From: Naegleria gruberi
Lineage: Eukaryota
Direction: 5' to 3' (one strand)
Assembly: GCA_000004985.1 (NCBI GenBank)
Contig: GG738930.1
DNA: 64,000 bases
The position numbers were made by a program, and so were the translations under genes. Below, piece after piece: positions 42,742 through 52,473 of this stretch. The notes below the pieces were generated by a model that worked only from the letters and a program-made list of their open reading frames with translations, had not been told where the DNA came from and did no database searches. Position 1 is the first letter of the stretch. Every line of letters starts with the position of its first letter.

Positions 42742-43505
42742 NNNNNNNNNNNNNNNNNNNNNNNNNNNNNNNNNNNNNNNNNNNNNNNNNNNNNNNNNNN
42801 NNNNNNNNNNNNNNNNNNNNNNNNNNNNNNNNNNNNNNNNNNNNNNNNNNNNNNNNNNNNNNNNNNNNNNNNNNNNNNNNNNNNNNNNNNNNNNNNNNNN
42901 NNNNNNNNNNNNNNNNNNNNNNNNNNNNNNNNNNNNNNNNNNNNNNNNNNNNNNNNNNNNNNNNNNNNNNNNNNNNNNNNNNNNNNNNNNNNNNNNNNNN
43001 NNNNNNNNNNNNNNNNNNNNNNNNNNNNNNNNNNNNNNNNNNNNNNNNNNNNNNNNNNNNNNNNNNNNNNNNNNNNNNNNNNNNNNNNNNNNNNNNNNNN
43101 NNNNNNNNNNNNNNNNNNNNNNNNNNNNNNNNNNNNNNNNNNNNNNNNNNNNNNNNNNNNNNNNNNNNNNNNNNNNNNNNNNNNNNNNNNNNNNNNNNNN
43201 NNNNNNNNNNNNNNNNNNNNNNNNNNNNNNNNNNNNNNNNNNNNNNNNNNNNNNNNNNNNNNNNNNNNNNNNNNNNNNNNNNNNNNNNNNNNNNNNNNNN
43301 NNNNNNNNNNNNNNNNNNNNNNNNNNNNNNNNNNNNNNNNNNNNNNNNNNNNNNNNNNNNNNNNNNNNNNNNNNNNNNNNNNNNNNNNNNNNNNNNNNNN
43401 NNNNNNNNNNNNNNNNNNNNNNNNNNNNNNNNNNNNNNNNNNNNNNNNNNNNNNNNNNNNNNNNNNNNNNNNNNNNNNNNNNNNNNNNNNNNNNNNNNNN
43501 NNNNN
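42742..43505. other. assembly gap (N run)
   Basis: 764 n. Confidence 1.
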
Positions 43506-45872
43506 TCCAGAATTAGAAAAGTTGACGTTTCCACAGGTAAGATTTATACTGTAGCAGGTACTGGATCAGCCGGATTTTCTGGTGATGGAAGTCAAGCGTC
43601 ACTTGCCAAGATTAGCTCACCAAAAGGAATATTTTATTCCTCAATAGATGAATCTTTCTATTTTTCTGATAATGGAAATTCTCGTATCAGAAAATTAAGC
43701 TTTGATTACTGTCCATCATTTTATACTTTTGACAAGTCAACCAAGAAATGTCTTCCTCAATGTTTTGGAATTGACAATCAAGCATCAAATGTTTGTGGAG
43801 GTCATGGAGTTTGCATTGATGTGGATAATTGTACTTGCTCAACTGGATATTTTGGAGATAAATGTCAATATTTTGATTGCTCATTATCTGCCAATCAAAA
43901 TGATGTTTGTTTCAATGGAGGAAACTGTCCAGTTGGTGGAGGGTTGTGTGAATGTCAGTTGTCATTCACAGGTAATGGTTGTGAGCTACCTATTTGTTTT
44001 GACATTCCTTCAAATGAAACCAATGTTTGTTCATCACATGGAATATGCTCAAATCCAAATACTTGTTCATGCTCTTCCAATTGGTTTGGAGATTCATGTA
44101 ATATTTCAACATGTTTCGGATATTTTTCAAACGAAACTTTAGTTTGTTCATCTCATGGTTTATGTACCACTTACAACAAATGCGACTGTTTTAATGGTTG
44201 GGGAGGATCAACCTGTAGCTTACCTAAATGTAATGGAACTCTGTCTGGAGCTAGTTCTGTTTGTAACGGAAGAGGAAATTGTGTCTCAGTTGACCAATGC
44301 GATTGTTACAATGGATTTGGAGGTCAGTTTTGTGAAATTGTGAAATGTGGTGGAATTCTTGCGAATGAATCATCCACTTGTTCCAATCATGGTTTGTGTA
44401 TTGATGTTGACACTTGCATTTGTACAAATTCAAGTTTTGGTGGTCAATTGTGTAATATTTCCAAATGTGATGGGAAATTGGCAACTGACATATCTGTTTG
44501 TTATGGACATGGTTTTTGCGTTGATGGATTATGTATCTGTACTGACCAATCCTATGGAGGTCAATTTTGCAACATTTCCAAATGTAATGGAAAACTTTCA
44601 GTTGACTCGAATGTTTGTAGCAAGAATGGAAATTGTAATGAGCTTGGAAATTGTATTTGCAACACTAATTATGGAGGTATCGATTGTGAGCTACCTAAAT
44701 GTCATGGAATTTTACAAAATAATTTGACAGTTTGCAGTGGAAATGGAACTTGTCAATCGGTGGATTCATGCTTGTGTAACTCTGGATATTTTGGAGAAAA
44801 TTGTGAATTTTCTATTTGCTATGGAATTCCTTCTAATGATTCTAAAAGTTGCTCTGGAGTTGGTCAATGTATTTCTCCGAATAATTGCAAATGTCCTAGT
44901 CAACTGTGGACAGGTTTCGAATGTCAAGTGCCAATGTGCTTTTCTATCAATGGTACTGACTCTAGAGTATGCTCTAATGGAAGAGGTAGATGTGTTGGGG
45001 CTAATCAATGTGAATGTGAAACCAATTATTTTGGGTCGCAATGTCAGTTTACAACTTGTCAAGGAATTCAAAGTAATGACAGCTCTGTATGTTATGGACA
45101 CGGATCTTGTGAATCCTTCAACAATTGTACATGTTCTGATGGTTATGGACCTTCCAATTCATGTCAATACCCTATTTGTTTTGGAATTCTTGCTAACAAT
45201 GCTTCCGTCTGCAACTCTTCACAAATTTGTTTGGCACCTGACAGATGTGTTCCAAAAGATCCCATTTGCTACGGCAAGTTCAATAATGATTCAACTGTTT
45301 GCTCTTCACACGGTACTTGCCTTGACAATAATAATTGCAAATGCCAAAGTGGATATTTTGGAAATGAATGTCAATTGTGGAAATGTCATAACATTGATAT
45401 GAATGCAACCAACGTTTGTAATGGACCAAATGGACAATGTTCTTCTCCAAATAATTGTTCATGCACTATTGGATTTCTTGGATTGGAATGTGAAACACCA
45501 ACCTGTCAAGGAATTTCTGCATTAAATGTCAAGGTCTGTAATGGAAATGGCAGCTGTAATGGATTGGATAAGTGTGCCTGTAACCAGGGATGGTCAGGAT
45601 CTCAATGTGAAACACCACTTTGTAATGGAATTTCCTCCCAAGATTTAAAGGTTTGTTCTGGAAGAGGTAAATGTGCAGCACCTGACACCTGTCAATGCAA
45701 TGGAAAAGCATATGGAGCCAATTGTGAGCTAGTTCGGTCCACATCTACATTCAATAATGGGTCATCAGTTCCAACAGCTTCACATTCTGTTACCAGATTG
45801 AACGAATGTAGTTCTTTGGAAAGAATTTCATCGTTCTTATTTGCCATTTTGTTGCTTTTTCTTTTTCCTTAA
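43506..45872 (+). CDS. surface protein with NHL repeats followed by about 20 tenascin-type EGF repeats and a hydrophobic C-terminal tail; the N-terminus lies in gap 42742-43505
   Basis: The post-gap sequence SRIRKVDVSTGKIYTVAGTGSAGFSGDG..SPKGIFY..FYFSDNGNSRIRKL has the NHL-repeat signature. Repeats of about 31 aa follow, of the form C.G.G.C.....C.C..G(Y/F).G..C....C. The protein ends ..ISSFLFAILLLFLFP, which looks like a GPI-signal-like tail. Confidence 0.65.
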   Translation, partial: SRIRKVDVSTGKIYTVAGTGSAGFSGDGSQASLAKISSPKGIFYSSIDESFYFSDNGNSRIRKLSFDYCPSFYTFDKSTKKCLPQCFGIDNQASNVCGGHGVCIDVDNCTCSTGYFGDKCQYFDCSLSANQNDVCFNGGNCPVGGGLCECQLSFTGNGCELPICFDIPSNETNVCSSHGICSNPNTCSCSSNWFGDSCNISTCFGYFSNETLVCSSHGLCTTYNKCDCFNGWGGSTCSLPKCNGTLSGASSVCNGRGNCVSVDQCDCYNGFGGQFCEIVKCGGILANESSTCSNHGLCIDVDTCICTNSSFGGQLCNISKCDGKLATDISVCYGHGFCVDGLCICTDQSYGGQFCNISKCNGKLSVDSNVCSKNGNCNELGNCICNTNYGGIDCELPKCHGILQNNLTVCSGNGTCQSVDSCLCNSGYFGENCEFSICYGIPSNDSKSCSGVGQCISPNNCKCPSQLWTGFECQVPMCFSINGTDSRVCSNGRGRCVGANQCECETNYFGSQCQFTTCQGIQSNDSSVCYGHGSCESFNNCTCSDGYGPSNSCQYPICFGILANNASVCNSSQICLAPDRCVPKDPICYGKFNNDSTVCSSHGTCLDNNNCKCQSGYFGNECQLWKCHNIDMNATNVCNGPNGQCSSPNNCSCTIGFLGLECETPTCQGISALNVKVCNGNGSCNGLDKCACNQGWSGSQCETPLCNGISSQDLKVCSGRGKCAAPDTCQCNGKAYGANCELVRSTSTFNNGSSVPTASHSVTRLNECSSLERISSFLFAILLLFLFP

Positions 45873-45963
45873 TAAAGACTAGTTCTTTGTTTTCCACTTA
45901 ACCACTTATCATTTGCAGGGCTATGTATGTTGTTATTTGAATACTATTCTTAATGAATGTAAA

Positions 45964-46037
45964 GCCGTCATAGCTCAGTTGGATAGAGCACAGGACTTCT
46001 AATCCTGGGGTCGTGGGTTCGAGCCCCATTGTCGGTA
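45964..46037 (+). tRNA. tRNA-Arg (TCT)
   Basis: Hand fold: acceptor GCCGTCA/TGTCGGT (one U-U mismatch at 5-68 and a G-U at 1-72), D-arm GCTC-AGTTGGATA-GAGC, anticodon arm CAGGA-CTTCTAA-TCCTG (anticodon TCT), variable GGGTC, T-arm GTGGG-TTCGAGC-CCCAT, discriminator A. Confidence 0.75.
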
Positions 46038-46096
46038 ACTGTTTTTTCAATTGGAAACTTAGACTGGTAAACCTAACTATCCTTAAATGAATGTAA

Positions 46097-46183
46097 CCGA
46101 TGATAGCTCAGCTGGTAGAGCATGGGACTGTAGCAAGAAAAACTGTCATCCTGTGGTCGGCGGTTCGATTCCGTCTCATCGGA
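46097..46183 (+). tRNA. tRNA-Tyr (GTA) with a 14-nt intron (46134..46147) at the canonical 37/38 position
   Basis: Hand fold: acceptor CCGATGA/TCATCGG, D-arm GCTC-AGCTGGTA-GAGC, anticodon stem TGGGA, loop CTGTAG, then the intron CAAGAAAAACTGTC, then A and stem TCCTG. Variable TGGTC, T-arm GGCGG-TTCGATT-CCGTC, discriminator A. Eukaryotic tRNA-Tyr genes characteristically carry an intron at this site. Confidence 0.85.
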
Positions 46184-46375
46184 TAATTTTAACCTTAAAG
46201 CACTTCTTTTATCATTTGGAATTCATTGCAAACTGTAAACAATTCATCTTACAGCTTCTTTCCGAGATACTGTGAAAAGATTTACATTGTAATCAAGTCA
46301 ATACTGTCATTAACAAATACAATAGGCACCTGTAAGTATCTATTGAAAATAGATCTGTTGAATTTTGTTTTATAG

Positions 46376-46732
46376 GAATTACTTTCAGATAATCACAAAG
46401 GTAAAAGCACAAAAGTGGACGTTTATTCATTTGGAGTAATAATGTGGGAGCTATTATATGAAATATTACCATTTTCAAATCAAATTGATAACTCTACAAC
46501 TGTTTTCCAAATATTGATGAGAGTTGCAAAAGGACACAGGCCAGAACTGTTACATACAAAATCATTCAGTGAAAAACAAATTAATGAGTGGATTGAACAC
46601 AATTTTACAAAGAAACAGATCGAAGCTCTTGGAAAAAGTGAAATTATTGGATTTTTAGAATCATATGTTCAAATTATGGAAAGATGTTGGGCTCAGGATT
46701 CCTCACAAAGACCTGAATTTATTGCTTTTTAA
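46376..46732 (+). pseudogene. protein-kinase C-lobe fragment (subdomains VIII-XI only); probable truncated gene relic
   Basis: Translation from 46376 gives ELLSDNHKGKSTKVDVYSFGVIMWELL..PF..ILMRVAKGHRPEL..IMERCWAQDSSQRPEF. This is the APE to DVYSFG to CW..RP C-lobe of a TK/TKL-like kinase. There is no N-lobe: a clean acceptor-like site (tttgttttatag) sits at 46364-46375, yet only about 190 nt separate it from tRNA-Tyr. The track's first codon at 46415 is GTG. Confidence 0.5.
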
Positions 46733-47446
46733 ATCCTCGCTTCACTTTCCAAACTTGGAACTTTATTAATTTCATTGCTATGAAATTTCTGCATCTCTAC
46801 TACAGCTAATTATTTACAACTTTCGTCTATTCATATGTCTCTTTCACAAACAATCAGGAAATCACTGGTATTACATTTTATGTATTTCTTTGATTTTGTT
46901 AAGGGATATGACAGTAGTGGATAATGTTATTCGAATGATGAGACTAAAGTGAATATTATACATTATTGAAAGGAGATTTCCTAATAAACATTTGCATAAC
47001 TTACATACAACCATCACAACACATAATACATTATTCAAACTTCATATTTACAACAAAAACCTTTCATTCGAAACTGATTGGCTCAATTATCAGCAGTTCG
47101 ACATCCTAATCAATGAATTCACTCTGAAAACGTTCGAATAATCTCCAAAGATGTTCACTGAAGAGATGACAAATCCGCCAAATTTGAATTGAACGTGTCT
47201 ACAATCATCACTACAAATCTTACTTTCGTATAAAAATATTCATTTATTCGTACAAGATTGAACTTGCAATTGTATGAGACGAATCACGTCTTGAATTCCC
47301 ACTCACATCACCACTTGCAATGTTTATTCCCTCACTTCCCATCAAACAACCTATGAAACTCTGTTTACCCGCTCTCATTGTTCTGTGGAGATTAAAACCT
47401 CAACAAGCAGCAGCAGCAAATTAGCAACAAAAAACTACAAAAAAAT

Positions 47447-50400
47447 ATGAAGAAGAATTGCTTGTTGCAGGCTAGTGTGGGTCTTATTGTGGCGACTTTG
47501 TGTTGTATGGTAGCCTTTGAAGGCTTGGTTGTGGAGGCTGTTGTTCAACCTACTCCTACTGTGTCATTCGATTATCTTAGTGGCTTGAAGTTTAATTTCA
47601 CTCTCGGATTAAATCTTCAAGATAGTGGAAATGTTTGTAAGATTGGTGTCATTGATGGCATGTATTCATCTCTCAAGGCTCTTAATCAAAGCTCTAATTA
47701 TACATTGTATACTGTTCCTTGTATTGGTTCTTCAGTACTCAAGGTTCCATACTATGGTTATCCATTCACCAAATTCTTGTACAAGTATGACAATGTCAAA
47801 TATAGCTCGATTTCCAAAGAGTATTATGGTTATTTCCCAACCTTCTCTGCTGTTCTAGGTAATATCACTCANAGCAGTGTGGTTTATTCTANNNNNNNNN
47901 NNNNNNNNNNNNNNNNNNNNNNNNNNNNNNNNNNNNNNNNNNNNNNNNNNNNNNNNNNNNNNNNNNNNNNNNNNNNNNNNNNNNNNNNNNNNNNNNNNNN
48001 NNNNNNNNNNNNNNNNNNNNNNNNNNNNNNNNNNNNNNNNNNNNNNNNNNNNNNNNNNNNNNNNNNNNNNNNNNNNNNNNNNNNNNNNNNNNNNNNNNNN
48101 NNNNNNNNNNNNNNNNNNNNNNNNNNNNNNNNNNNNNNNNNNNNNNNNNNNNNNNNNNNNNNNNNNNNNNNNNNNNNNNNNNNNNNNNNNNNNNNNNNNN
48201 NNNNNNNNNNNNNNNNNNNNNNNNNNNNNNNNNNNNNNNNNNNNNNNNNNNNNNNNNNNNNNNNNNNNNNNNNNNNNNNNNNNNNNNNNNNNNNNNNNNN
48301 NNNNNNNNNNNNNNNNNNNNNNNNNNNNNNNNNNNNNNNNNNNNNNNNNNNNNNNNNNNNNNNNNNNTATGCAATGAAAAATGGTTATGTATTGCTAACG
48401 AAACTTCAACTTGTTTCGGTAAGAATAGTACCGATAGTTCTGTTTGCTCAGGACATGGTACTTGTTCTGCAGGAGTTTGTAAATGCAGTCCTGGTTACAC
48501 TGGTGGCAATTGTTCTCTTCCAATTTGTTTCTCACTTGATGCCTCTGAATTTGGTGTTTGTTATGGCAATGGTAAATGTGTAGGACCTGACACTTGTAAG
48601 TGTGACTCTCTCTTCTCTGGAATGGAATGTGAAACACCAACTTGTAATGGTAAGACAGAACTCGATGGTGGTTGTTCATTCCGTGGTACTTGTAATTCCT
48701 ACTCTCACTTGTGTGAATGTAAAGGAAACTTTGCTGGATCATCTTGTTCATCTTGTAAAAGTGGTTTCACTGGTACAAGTTGTGAAATTCCAATTTGTAA
48801 TGGTATTAGCTCAATTGACAAGTCAGTTTGTAATGGAAGGGGATCCTGTTCTTCAGTCAATGGTTCATCTCCAGTGTGTGTCTGTTCAGGAAATTATTAC
48901 GGTGCAAACTGTGGTTCCTTCAAATGTAATGGTCTTGAAAGATCCAACTCTTCAGTCTGTTCTTCAAGAGGTTCATGTCTTTCACCTGATACTTGCTCAT
49001 GTAAAGGAAACTACGATCCTGCCTCATACTGTTCCAAATGTCTTCCTTCATACTCTGGTTCTGATTGTACTGTTGCAGTGTGTGATAGTGCAACTACTTG
49101 TAATAGTAAGGGTACTTGTAATGACAAGCTTCAATGTGTTTGTAGTGGAAACTACGCTGGTACATATTGTGACAAGTGTAAAGATGGTTTTGTAGGTACA
49201 TCTTGTCAATACTCATGTTCTGCTGCTACTACTTGTAATGGCAAAGGTACTTGTTCTCAAATTGGTGAATGTATCTGTTCTGGAAATACTAATGGAAAGA
49301 AATGTGAGAATTGTAATGCTGGTTGGTATGGAGATAAGTGTGATTTCAATATTGATACTACTTCTTTCGAATTTAATGAGAATGGTGATTCTATCATTGC
49401 TACTGTTAAGAGCAGTATCAAGAAGAAGATTTCATGCTCTTCTCTCATTACTAATACTCATGTATTAGGAAGTGAACCTTCCTGTTTGTTGGATGGTGAG
49501 AAGAGTCAATTGGTTATTCAACTTGGTCCAATGGCAACTATTGTTATTGGTGGTAGTTTGAGTGTTAGAGCATACATTGATAGTAGTTCAGTTTCTTCTG
49601 TAACTGTTAAGGGCACCAACTACAAGTCTGTTGAGCCATCTGCTTATTTAACTTCTGACATTTCTTCTATTGCTTGTGGTAATATGATTTTGGACTCTTC
49701 TGCTTCATCCTCATTGGATAGAAGACAATTGATTTTCAGTTATTCAGCAACTCTTGCTCCTTCTAATCAAGATATTACACTTCTTAACTCACTTATTAGT
49801 GGCTCTACTGACAGCTTTGTCAAATTCCCAGTTAGTCAATTAAGTGCTGGTACCTATTCCGTCCAAGTTGCTGTACAAAGCTCATTCTCTGGAAAAGTTT
49901 CATATGCTACTTATACTTTCTCAGTTACTGAATCATCTCCTCCAACTTTGACCATTAGAAATGGTGCTTCTAGTTCAATTACTATCGGTAATTCATTGGC
50001 TATTGTTCCAGTTGTTACATTCCCATCTTGTTATCGTGGAAATCCATCCGCAAGTAGTTTGAAATACACCTACACTCAAACAAGTGGTCCAAGTCTTCAA
50101 ATCAAGCAAAAGAATGAACTTTTGGTCTTTAGCTCAGATTATACTCAACTTACCGAAGAAGGTGACTATGTATTCACTTTGAAGGCATCTGAGCCTGGAT
50201 ATCCAGAAGCATCAGTTTCATTCAAGGTTTCAGCATCTGCTCTCCCATTACAAGTTTCTTTCAATATTAGAGATATGAGTCAATCTTTGGAAGACAATGT
50301 CAAGTTTAGAATTACAAAGAAAGATCCAAGCAATCCTACTTCTACAGATGGTCAAGTTAAACTTACTTGTACTGATTTGGAGACTTTAGCTTCATGCACT

Positions 50401-52356
50401 GGTTTTGACAATGGATTGAATATTGATCAATCAACTTTGTTGTTCGATAAGCAATTTACACCTGGTAGCTACATGTTCACTGCTGTTTTCAGCAAGTCTT
50501 CAAGATCTTCAAGTACTTCAGTCAAGGTAATTGTCACTAGTCAAACTAAGGCAACTTCAGTAAGAATTTACATTGATACTCCTTCAGGATCTGATGTTTC
50601 AGCTATTGATCCATCCAATGATTTGATCTTGCAAGCACAAAGCTTGGATCTTCTCTCCCCTCAAAGAGTATTCTCTTGGTCTTCCAGTGACTTTACCTTT
50701 GATTCTACTATTGATTTAACAAAGAAATATTTAACAATTCCAAAGAGTTTACTTGCTCCAGGTGCTTCATACTCTGTCTCTATTACTGTCACTGATGGTG
50801 TCAAGACTGGTCAAGCCAGTATTTCATTCATCGTTAATGCTCCACCATCCTTAGGTATTTTTGAAGTTTCTCCATCTACAGGTGTAGCTTTAGTTGATGA
50901 ATTCAAAGTTTCATGTGGTAATGGTTGGTCAGATTCTCAACTTCCTCTTTCATTCAAATTCGTGTTCAGACAAAAGGGAGAAGAAATTTGGAAGGTATTG
51001 AAAGAAAAGTCTGAAACAAGATCTTTCAGAACTTCCATGCCAACTGGTCAATTGGAAATCAAGGCTATTGTTTATGATGCTAAGGGCGCTTTCACTGAAA
51101 CCACTTCAAATATTAATGTCACTACTCCAGTTGATGTTAGTTCAGCTATTCAATCTTTGTCCGTGTTGACTACTTCTACCTTGACTCCTTCCTCTGCTTC
51201 ATCAGCTTTGAGTGTCATTTTGGCAGTTAAACCAACCACAGCTGAAGATAAACAAAAATTGGTGGCAGCTGGTTTGAAGATTGTTCAAGCATACTTTGCT
51301 CAAATGGATGCTGAACAAAATGTCACTTCCCAAACAGAAGCTTCAACAAGTTCATCCTTGTCTGTTATTTCCTCAGTCAGTACTTGTGTTGAAAATCTTC
51401 CAGACGAAACTGTTAGTTTGACCATTACCAAATTCAAAGCAATGATTGAAGGTGCTTACTTGCTTCTCAAACTTGCAAGTCAAGATATCAACTCAGCACT
51501 TGACAGCGCTGCTTCAATTCAAACTCACGTTTCCAAGAAGGTCACTTCAAGATCTGTACTTTTCACTAAAGACGAAGTCAAGAGCATTGATTCTATCAAG
51601 GATACATTACTTTCACTCCAATTGAAGAATGCAGTTCCTGATATGCCTGCAACAAGAACATTCGGATCTGATTCTTTCTCTTATGCAAGATTACTCAGTG
51701 TTTCTACATTGAGCAGCTTGAATGAAACCATCAATTCAGTTTCATCATTCAAACTCTCTGCAACATTCAACAGTTTGAGTCAAGTTTCAAGCTTGGATAA
51801 TGTCAAATTAGTTATGAAAGTTCAAACTCAAGCTAAGGCAGTTTCCAAACTAGTTACTTTCAGAGTAGAATCCAATGATGTAGATGTTGGTGTTTCATCC
51901 AATTCCAATACCACCTACATTGCTGAATTCAATATTGAAAAGAATCCATCAACTAGAAATATTAGAGAAACTAGAAATGTATGTTCAGTATTACAAAATG
52001 GTGTTTTGGTTGCAGCAAGTGGATGTACCATTTCTTCAACATCTGGTGGAATGTTCACCATTCAAGTTTCTTCATCTGGATCTTATGCCGTTGTCAGTGA
52101 AGAAGTTGTTGCTCCACAAGCTTCTCCAAAAACTAGCTCATCAAAGACAACCACCGTGATTACAACCAAATCAAACAATCTTGAATACCTTGCCTTCCTC
52201 GTTTTACTCGTTCCAGTAATTGCTGTCGTTGTTATCATTATTATTGTGGTTGTGTGCTGTCTCAGAAAGAAGAAGACTAAATACACGAAAGGACAACATG
52301 AAAGAAACTTTGAAGACAAGTCATTCATGGAATTGAATGAAATGAGAGAAATTTAA
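47447..52356 (+). CDS. type I membrane protein: signal peptide, EGF-like repeat array, long Ser/Thr-rich ectodomain, single C-terminal TM and short basic tail; spans gap 47892-48367
   Basis: ATG at 47447 with signal peptide (LLQASVGLIVATLCCMVAFEG). After the gap, my hand translation from 48370 is stop-free and already in the EGF frame (CNEKWLCIANETSTCFGKNSTDSSVCSGHGTCSAGVCKCSPGYTGGNCS..). It continues into ORF 48622..52356 with about 13 C.G.G.C.....C.C.G.(Y/F).G..C EGF units. A roughly 1000-aa S/T-rich region follows, then TM LAFLVLLVPVIAVVVIIIIVVVCCL and then RKKKTKY... Confidence 0.65.
47892..48367. other. assembly gap (N run)
   Basis: 476 n, plus a single n at 47872. Confidence 1.
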
Positions 52357-52473
52357 ACCTAAATAAAATTTATAACCATTAATTACAAACGAATGCATCA
52401 ATTTCTGTGTTGATATTCTTCGTCTTAAAAGGCGCAAGATCTTAGAGCTTTGTCATTGGTAGAAATTCATCCT

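Noticed and set aside
46289-46375. 6-nt microexon (GCACCT at 46326-46331) that would supply the Ala-Pro of an APE motif to the kinase fragment
   Set aside because: Donor and acceptor consensus are both present, but the sequence upstream of the putative preceding intron translates to nothing kinase-like. The idea rests on two residues only, so I kept it as a note inside the kinase-relic finding.
26281-47140. Frequent palindromic ATTCGAAA(C) motif near gene starts, e.g. 35821-35831 upstream of the ATG at 35858, and 42421-42431 immediately 5' of the minus-strand ATG at 42440
   Set aside because: I counted about 25 TTCGAA hexamers in the window. That is close to the roughly 20 expected for this base composition. 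Several lie inside coding sequence as Ile-Arg-Asn codons (27611, 36761, 37631). So I cannot claim enrichment without a genome-wide test.
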